Positions 54,756-64,000 of a stretch of 64,000 nucleotides of DNA are shown here, piece by piece. The stretch lies in contig CM097885.1 of assembly GCA_044892525.1 (NCBI GenBank), forward strand, positions 30,754,001-30,818,000, read 5' to 3'. The number at the start of each line of letters is the position of its first letter. Positions within the stretch are counted from its first letter, which is position 1. This stretch comes from Schmidtea polychroa (Eukaryota). The notes beneath the pieces are model-generated. The model saw only the letters and a program-made list of their open reading frames with translations, was not told the DNA's origin and did not search any database. A program made the translations under genes and the position numbers.

Positions 54756-55783
54756 GGTATCTGGTATTTTCCCCCTATTGCAAAAACATTATTTTCCCCC
54801 TATTTTTTAAAAAAATATTTAAAAATTATAAATAAATAAAAAATAGTATTAAAATAAAGTTTACATAAAGAAACATATTATCGAATTAAATTTATTAAAT
54901 TATCAAAGTCTCTGTTTCCAAGTTTATCCTTCCACAGTGAATGCATGCTCAAATCCATCATTCTTTGTAGTCGTCGTTTGAGTTTATTCCACAATGATTC
55001 GATTGTCTGAGTATTAACTTCGTTGACAGTATTTACAAATTTTATGCTGTGGGTTACTGTTTGATGTACATATCCCTCGTTCGATAATTGATTATAAGCC
55101 CGCCATTCATCACTCCAAATCATAGAACCAGGACGACGAACACTTCTTATAATAGGAAGCAATAAGCTTGCAGATCTGTTTTCTACCAAATATACGTAAT
55201 ATTTTGCAGGTGTGCAAGATTTATCGGCTACACCAAACACCCATCTTTTCGAAGTCGAATATCGGCCTCTGTGGTACTTTTGTTTATATTTAAAATTCGA
55301 TTCGTCGATTTGATACAAGATGCCATTGCCGCCAAAGCAGTATGCACTTTAAAGATAGTTGTTTTTGAGACGTTTTAATCTCTTTCAGTAGTGGAAAGTG
55401 GTGTTTCGAATAACCATTTATAGTATACTAGAAGAAGTACTGCCAGGTCTGAATTAAAATCTTCAAAAAACGATCCTTTTCTTATGGACGCATACTTGTT
55501 CTTATTATTACAACCAGATTTTTAACACCTAAAGCCTGTTCCTTCCCGATGTCTTTTGTACTTCACGCTTTTTAAAAGAATCATACATCCTTCACAGTGT
55601 ACAATTTTTCTTAAGATTTCTTTAAGCCTGCAGAATTCAACTGCTGCTGGTGTGTTATTCAATAGAGGTAAAAATTCATTAGAAAAATCAATTTGAATTT
55701 TTTGAAATTTATATTTTATTTAAAAATAAATAAATATTTTTAATGAGTAGTATTTTTTTCTACTATAGGGGAAAATACCAGAT
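54756..55783 (-). mobile_element. Merlin/IS1595-like transposon, degenerate
   Basis: TIR (GGT)ATCTGGTATTTTCCCC; motifs QIDES..KYHRGR..WVFG, WSDEWRAY and NTQTIESLW. Degenerate flanks CAGGGAAAT/CTGGGAAAC. Confidence 0.9.
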
Positions 55784-57479
55784 CTGGGAAACGTGCTGAA
55801 CTTTGGTCGCAGCAACCGTTTAACTATTTGATCCTTTAGATTTATCTTTATAAGATGACTGTGATTATAAAAATACATAGAATCTTAATAAGGTAAAGAG
55901 TAAATACACTTGCAAATTTTAAGACTTTAAAATTTCTTGGAATAAAGACATTAGGTTTCCTTATTGATCCTCCGGTTGGGTATTTTTTCCCTCATACATT
56001 GATATTCACAAATTTAAAAGAACTATATTTTGAATTTCCTGAAACATATTGAAAATTTTGAGATTAAATAATTTAAAATCCAACTTTCACTTGATTTGGT
56101 AGTTCTACGACTTCACTTTATTACTAAACAAAAGGTTTCAAATAGTTTTCAACTTAAGCAACTTAAATTCCATTCTAGCATTTCAATCGTAATAATAATA
56201 ATAAGCAATAAATCAAACTGTTAATTAATTAATTAATTGGCTAATGGAAAACCCGAAGAAAACCCGAGCGCGGCAATTTGGGAGAATAAACAAACTGAGA
56301 ATTTACAGAGGAATTATCCAAACAGTCGGATAAACGAGAGTAAACAAAAGAAGGGGAATTACTAAAAGGGTCAAAAGAAATAACTAATTAGAGAACGATA
56401 ACTACGGAAGTCAAAACCAGTTAGGTCAAAAACGGAGCAATTACAACAAATACAAACAATAACTCCAAATTCAGACAATCGGCAGTAGCCTCAAGTATGG
56501 AAGAAGAAACCGAGTATTGGAATTTGAGCAACAAAGTCAAGAACTAAAAAGGGAATTATAAGAGGAACTGAAGAGTTAGAAATGGAATATTAAAGGAGTC
56601 TCTGATCAAAGAGCGGAATATCAAATAAAAAAGGTGAAACTTATTTTTGAATCGCACAAGGTTGAGACTTTCCAGAGCGAAGTTAGATCAGGAATTGTGA
56701 ACAAAATCGTGGTTAACTAAAAATTGTTATCATCTATTGAGAATTGTAAATTTGCTATAAACAAATATACGTTGGGAGTTTGTGTTTAACAATTTTGTAG
56801 CACGTGGACTCAGAATAACCAACGGTCGACTTTTTAGTATCATAAAACCCAACACATGCATTAGTAGGATTTATAAGCCAATAGTATTCATACAGAAGCG
56901 CAAACATTATAGAACATTAAATAGTCCGAATTTCATTTACCAGACCGGAAGGTTTAATGATTCGATTTGTATTAAGCGAGCAACTTTAAATTCACTTTTA
57001 AAGTTTTTAATTGAATAATTAAAAACTTGTTTTACTAAGTTTAATTTATTTGTAAAGATATTTGATTTTGTTTCATTGACAGATTATGAATCGCTGATTT
57101 TAGAAAACATGTCAAACAGAAATTAGATTTGTTTCATGTTTTCATGTTCGATGGTGTTGCTTTTGAAAGAATTTAGAATTATTTATTAATGATTAAATTA
57201 AAATGACATTGTTATGCCGATTGATCAATTTTTATAATTTTAATAAAAGAATGGCTTCTTAATTGAATTGTCTTATTATTTTTATTTTACCAAAGAATTA
57301 AAATATAAACTCGAATTTAAGGCCACCAGTAAGGATATTGAGTAAAGTTTAATTACTATTGTTCACTAATTTGATTAACATTTTTTGTGTAAATGAACTT
57401 AATTAGCTCTCATATTTACCGGTATTTATTATAGATACAATGAAAGTATTAAAACTGTATAGCATTTGTATCCTGGTAC

Positions 57480-58010
57480 TTAAATTGCACTTAACTGGAA
57501 TTGTGGATTGTTGAAAATTTACTTGTTGCTTGGAATGCTTGAACCACATTTATGAAGACATTGAGTATTCATATTTAAACGGGAGCTTTCAGCTCTACAC
57601 AAATGTATTGCTTTTGCCAAGTTCTTTCTTCATTTATCCGCCTTTCTGGTGGTATTGGAATTTAATAATATATGCCTAATACAAATAAGCTATTAATATA
57701 TTCATGCTTCAGAATTATTATATAATAATTAAAATATTAAATACTGCATGACATCAATTCGTAAATGATTATAAAATTTCTTCAATTTTTTATAAATGAG
57801 AGACCGATTAGACATCATTAAAACAATTTATCAAATCATTAACATAAGTCTAACAAAAATGCAAATCTTCTTTACATGTCTAGCATAACAACAATATTTG
57901 ATTTGATGAAAAACTTAATTTGAGAAGGGAATTTTCAAATGAGGTCTACCATTCATGGTACACATGATGAAGTTGATATTCCATGAGTATTCAGCTCATT
58001 TCAGAAGATA
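57480..58010 (-). pseudogene. Possible degraded GLD-2/TENT2-like PAP-associated domain fragment
   Basis: LICIR..(frameshift)..IPIPPERR..WQKQYICVE resembles the ISVR..IP..W..KYICVEEPF signature; heavily disrupted. Confidence 0.3.
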
Positions 58011-58337
58011 TTTATTCTGCAATGTTAACGAAATTATTATAAATACAGTCACAATATCAGCAAAAAATAGTTGTTACTGAAAACATATTAATGCATTTTG
58101 AGGTTTTCTATCAAAAAGGCGATTATAGAAACATGTTTTAAGCCCTTGGTTCTCAAACTTTTTGAAGTCGGGGAACCCTGAACCCCCATTTATTTTTAGG
58201 CGGAACATATACAATACAGCATAAACTTTAAAACAGGGGCGCGGGTTGCTAATCTTTTTGAATCCAAAAGAGCAGAATCGGCTTAAGCACAATTTTGATA
58301 ACTGCAATAATATTTTATATTTCCAAAAAGTAATTTT

Positions 58338-58853
58338 GGTTCTTATTTGATATTTCCCCCCACTTAAAATTAAATTAAAATTAAATATATAAATAATAAA
58401 ACAATTAACGCAGCAAATCCTTTTTATTTATATACCGAGTTTATTGCGTCAATAATACACTCAAAGGTATCACCTCCAAATTTTTCCCTCGTATGCCCAG
58501 TAGTAAATAAAAAATAGAATTTCCTTTATATCGAGCTTTGAAGCCTCAAAGAAAGTCCCATCACGTATACTTACTTCTAGACGGCAAGGCCGTTTACACC
58601 GCCAGTGGAAAGGGAAGTTGGTCTTGGTACATGCTACCAAGTCTTTTACTTGTCCACAAACAGTGCACAGTTTAGTCATTGGAATTAATCCCAATTCTTG
58701 GCAAAGTAACAGTGTTGCTTGCGGAGTTTGTGTTCGTTCAAATAGATTGTTTGCATTCATAGGTAGATCAATAATTTTATTATCGTCAATTCTAATTCAA
58801 TAATATAATACTAATTATAATAATAAAGTGGGGGGAAATATCAAACAATATCC
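58338..58853 (-). mobile_element. Internally deleted Merlin element
   Basis: ~28-bp TIRs (GG..TTTGATATTTCCCCCCACTT) and 8-bp TSD GTAATTTT. ORF 58470-58760 is a Merlin N-terminus (CxxC..WRC..C..SIRDGTFFE). Confidence 0.9.
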
Positions 58854-59381
58854 GTAATTTTTAACCCGAAAGATATTTTTATTCATACAAAGGCTTGTTT
58901 TTTTTAAATATTTAGACATCTTTTTCCAATGAAAAATTTGACCAACTAAAATCTATATCCTTTTAGTTTTTTAGCTGAATCTATCAAAAAGGTGCGTTCA
59001 AAAAGACAATTAAAAAAGCGAGCAATGATTTAATTAATAATTAAGCACCACAATTACCCTCAAAGCAAACATCAAGCACGGAATTCATTAAAACCTTGGT
59101 TCTCAAAGCATGTTCTGCGAAAAAATCAAATGTACAATTCAATTAAAAATTGTTTCAGAATAAAAATCAATTCAATGTAAAATTTACACGTACCATTTGG
59201 CTTTGTAACAAAAATATATTTTTAAAGCAATAATCCTATGATAATACAAAAGACTAGCTTTGAAAATGTTATAGTAAGCTAATCTTAAAACCGTAATCAT
59301 CTTGCAGCAACAGTGTCCACTTGCATTCAAGCAAATGATGTCATTTTTATTATCATTTAGACACTTTGTCGTACCTATCTA

Positions 59382-60342
59382 CACCTAACCGCGAAAGTTA
59401 ACATTGTCTATAATATAAGTTGGTGTGCACACCACCTGAGGTGAGTCACCAATTATATGACAATGTTAACTTAATTTCATTTATTCAATTTTCCAAAAAT
59501 CGTTTAAAGGTAAGTTTTTGCATTGAAGTAATTTTTAGGACTTGAATTTTGATTTTATATAATTATGAGATCATTATTCAAGTTCTTAAATATTACTGTT
59601 AGTCAGCATTTATAATATTGATAATATATAACATTGATAATTAAATTTCAGGTGTTTTTTTAGGAATTTTATGGTATTTTATTTGGATTTATTTGGATTT
59701 ATTTCGTAAAAATGTAAGTTAGATATTTTTATAATTATAAATATGTAAAGTAATCACTAAACATTTATTTTTTAAAGACATTTAGTAAAGAATGGATAAA
59801 ATATTTTTTAAGTTTTTGTAATCTTCTTTCGAATTTTGTCTATTTCTGTAATTCTATGATTTAATTTATTAAAATTTACGATTTGCGATGTTTTTCCTGC
59901 AAATTCAAAGATGTCGAAGGATCTTCTTCAATATCTGTAAATCTAAAGAAATTTTATATTCTAAATTATTTTATAATTAAATCTTACGATGTATTTACTT
60001 CTTTTTCCCTAAAGCTCAACGTAGAGCAGTCGGAATCTGATTCAAAAGTTTTTTTGTACATAATTTTTTAAATAATTTTAAAATATTGATATGTTAATTA
60101 TATGTTAATCAATCTGAATTTCGCATGAAAAACACTTTACTTAATTTTGTATGTATTTTTCATTATGTATGCTGTGTTTGTATGCTTAATTATTTTCTCT
60201 CACTTTTTAGAATCCTATAATAAATATGTTAAATTTCGCGGCATTAAATTTCTACACACAGGTAAGTTTGTGTGTTCCTATAATATATATTTATTGATTT
60301 TTTTTTTAGATTATAGATAATGTTATATTTCGCGGTTAGGTG
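59382..60342. mobile_element. Non-autonomous Tc1/mariner-type element
   Basis: TA|CACCTAACCGCGAAA..TAACATT.TCTATAAT ... ATTATAGATAATGTTATATTTCGCGGTTAGGTG|TA. Confidence 0.8.
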
Positions 60343-61481
60343 TAATATCTTTGCAGCCTACTTTATCTATGTGAGAATTCGAAAATTCCATTCAAAATTT
60401 ATTTATTCAACAAATCTAGCAGTTTTTAAATCGAATATTCGAACGACTTTCACTTGAAGAGTAATTACTACAAAAAATTACCCACTTTGTTTTTGATATT
60501 TAATTTAATAATAGTTGATTTTATATATTATAATAATCCAGTGACAGTTAATTTAAAATTTCATTAATTTAATTATAATAATCCTTCGAATCTAAAACGT
60601 GTTTTCGTAACAATAAAGCATTAAGATATTAATGAAAAATTAAAAAAATGAATCAATTACGTTAACGGTTTTGTATAATGTCATTTAGTCATATTTTTCA
60701 CTCTTTACTATCTTTGTAATGAGGGTACCCTATATATGACTGACTAGAGGGTCATATTTCCTGGCAACGCCTATGCGTCCATGTCTGTCTTAGAACTATC
60801 CTAATCGATGTAAAATTAAATTGTTGCCACAATTACTGTACTTTAATGATTAATTTCATGTGCAATAATGCGTGTGTGTGTATGTGTGTTGAATTGCTCA
60901 ATTTATTATATATTTTCATAGACCTTATTGATTGGCACTAAAATTTGCTTATCTCAATGCTTATCTAAAAAATTTGCAATTTCATCGAAATCAGTGCATT
61001 TAGACAACAATTAAAGTGTAAATAATTTAACAACATAAACCATCAAATATTCCTTTGAAAAATAAATCATTTTTGTCCCTGTTGTCAATTTCAAGTTTCC
61101 TTAAAGATCAGTAGCGTTGTGATGGGGAGGGCAGATGCCGCCGGGCATTAAATGGGGTGACAGCAGACTAGGACATGTACTAGGCATAAATCTGTAAAAT
61201 AATGAATCATATGCATAGGATATTAAATATCAACTTCATTGCTTTGATGATTTCCGGCATGACATCCTAAAATAAATAGATTGCGTGGAGAAACGATTAC
61301 ATGATATCACAATAAATTTTAAAGAAGAATTGTTGTAATTACTAGTTTTTGGCATTAGAACTCAGAAAACTCAGAGATAGATTTTGTACGTTGGAAATAA
61401 GATTGGTGTTTGATGAAAATTTGAAAATAAAGCTCTAGTGGAATTTACCAGTGATGAGCTGATGTCTGTTATTGTAAATAA

Positions 61482-61554
61482 GCGGCGATAGCTCAGTTGG
61501 GAGAGCGTTAGACTGAAGATCTAAAGGTCACTGGTTCGATCCCGGTTCGCGGCA
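61482..61554 (+). tRNA. tRNA-Phe(GAA)
   Basis: 73-nt cloverleaf with A box TAGCTCAGTTGG, anticodon loop CTGAAGA, B box GGTTCGATCC and a T-run at 61561. G3:G70 mismatch in the acceptor stem. Confidence 0.93.
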
Positions 61555-61701
61555 ATTAAATTTTTGATCCAGCAACTACAAAAGCAAAAGTGAAATACAA
61601 ACAATAATGCATTATGAATCCGTTCTTATTTAACACGTTAATCGCCATGCCAAAGGTGCATATAGAAAAATTTACTTTATTGTATAAAAGTGTTTATAAA
61701 G

Positions 61702-61902
61702 TATTATAGTATTTATAGTATTTATAGTATTTATAGTATTTATAGTATTTATAGTATTTATAGTATTTATAGTATTTATAGTATTTATAGTATTTATAGT
61801 ATTTATAGTATTTATAGTATTTATAGTATTTATAGTATTTATAGTATTTATAGTATTTATAGTATTTATAGTATTTATAGTATTTATAGTATTTATAGTA
61901 TT
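61702..61902. repeat. 9-bp minisatellite (TATTTATAG)n
   Basis: About 22 near-perfect copies. Confidence 0.97.
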
Positions 61903-62699
61903 ATATGAAAAAATAAAAAAATGACATGAAAAAGTTAGAAATTTATTTGGTTCTACTTTATAAACTTTGGTCCAGGTAACAGTTTAAAATCGAACTCGTT
62001 CGACGATTAACGTATCAATGTCAATTTTGTTAGTGACGCACACACTTTTATCATTAGTTAGTTTTATTTTTATTAATATGGCTTTAATATTTTGTCATTA
62101 AGGCTTTTATGCATTGCACTTTGCCGCATAAAATATAATTTCATTAATTTTTTAACTATTTCGAAACTCTTTCGCTGCTAACCGCACCAATATGCGCTTG
62201 CGAATATGTATATTTTTCTATATAATTTAAATAGCAACACTTTTTATCTCGTAACCAGGGAGAACTCAAAAAATGATAAATAATAAAATATAAAATCAGA
62301 AGTGCTTATCGCATATTAATCATTAATTTTTACTTGAATTTTCTAGGATATTATATTTTGATAAGTTTTTCTCCTGTCTTTGTAACAAAAAATTTCTCCT
62401 TCTTATATGGTAATCAGCAGCGCGGCCAGCCTTAAGCATATTCTTCTGATTTACTCAAGTATTTCACTTCATTTAAAACCAATTATGAAAAAACGAAAAT
62501 AAAAAATTTTTTGAAAATAGATTTTTCAAAAAAAATTTAACAAACATTTGTTTATTAACTTTTGTCATTTATTAGAAAGTTTAATTAATATTTGTCAACA
62601 TTAATGAAACTAATGGTTAACTCTTGGTAATTTGAATTTCAAAATATTTTTATAACAACATTGAATTAAGATTTTGTAAAACTTTTATTAAACGAACTG

Positions 62700-63220
62700 A
62701 ATAATATTGACATTTAGCGTTGTTTACAATTTTTCCACTTATAATTTTCCATACTGGTAATATAACTCCACTTGATGCTATTTAGAAACCCTGGATACAT
62801 ATTTTCAAATTCCATTTAACATCTGGTTTAAAAGGTATTTGGTTATTTTCTTCATAAAATTTACTTGATGGTCCAGCTAGAAATGATCCGCTTTCAGAAA
62901 CTACAAGGTCCTTATTGATACATGCAAGTAATGTACCAATAGCATCTTGATCACCTTAATCAAATTGTTCGATCTAATAATTATAGCATGTCTTCACTAA
63001 AACGATAGGATTCGTCAAATTATAATCTATTGGTTTCTTCAATAAATGCATTTCATAATAGTGGAAAGTATAAACTGGTTTAAATAATGACTGTTCCTTC
63101 TTAATATTTCTCATCTTTAGTTTTTGAAATAATGACAAAATCCAGGTAAAATATACATATTGTTTAATATACACAACCCTTTCTTTTGGTCGTAAAATTG
63201 AATAGATTTGAGGTCTTACG
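62700..63220 (-). pseudogene. Degenerate intronless ORF of unknown origin
   Basis: The frame of ORF 62974-63174 continues through 3 stops (..GDQDAIGTLLACINKD..FKPDVKWNLKICIQGF*IASSGVILPVWKIISGKI). Confidence 0.35.
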
Positions 63221-64000
63221 AAATTTGTATATTTTAATATTTATATGTTTTAATCGGTTTTTGGTATATACTAAGAGATTGTAAGAGTCCAGCAGAGTCT
63301 TCTTTAAAATCTATTTTGGGACTGCTGGGGTGCATGTGTGTCGAGTGCAAAAAAAAGGTATTTAATTGAATAAATATAAATATTAGCGCTCGAATAAATT
63401 GATAACAATATAAATAAATTATCAACAACTTTATTCAATTAATATAAACAAATAAAACCTTTGACCGCCCTGAATTGCTTGATATATTGGAGGGACAGAT
63501 ATGTTCTCGAATTTGGTTATTCTCAATCTAATTTACAATCTTGATTGAAAGGAAAATTGATAGAGGTGATGGTTAATATGACGTATGACTAAAAGTGTTA
63601 TTGTCGCGTACACAAAAATGTTATAAGTTCAGATTCAGATTCTCTCTGGGAAAAGAATAGTAGTCGAATGTTTTCCTTTGATTATTTCGAATTGCTAGGT
63701 GTGATGGAGGTTAGATATATCCCTTATATATTTTTTCTTCTTATAATTTCTTCTCTTTGGTTTTCTTTGAGATATTTAACTTTTGTATTAAACTTTCGAA
63801 TTTTTACTTTGTATCTTTTAATTTCCTTATTTCTTCTAGTTGTTTTGTTTATATTTTATTATTGACTTTGTATTTTTTTTAATTTTTGATCAATAATTCC
63901 ATAACAATAATTCCCATGTTAAATTATAGCCATAATAATTATCTTATAATAATAATTAACAACATAAATAAAAATAATGCATTCATTACAGATTTGCTAT

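Overview
Very AT-rich eukaryotic (probably animal) DNA with many 40-60 nt GT-AG introns and dense transposon content. Host features are a complete 8-exon CNOT4 (15420-26099, +), an MTCH2-like mitochondrial carrier (-) with a clean 5' half and a stop-riddled 3' half, a divergent unknown ORF, a tandemly duplicated coiled-coil gene and a tRNA-Phe(GAA). The standout is a 7,641-bp Polinton/Maverick-type element (33381-41021) with a 6-bp TSD (CTTTAA), AGTAGT...ACTACT termini and about 0.8-kb TIRs. Its only recognisable gene is a protein-primed DNA polymerase B, now pseudogenised, split by six spliceosomal introns that are all phase 1 and all in the N-terminal region. No integrase, ATPase, protease or capsid gene is visible in it. 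Also present are a nested hAT cluster, three Merlin elements, several MITEs, a Penelope remnant with a minimal hammerhead-ribozyme motif, and a putative 2.5-kb solo LTR carrying an antisense spliced ORF. All calls are from manual reading; no database searches were run.
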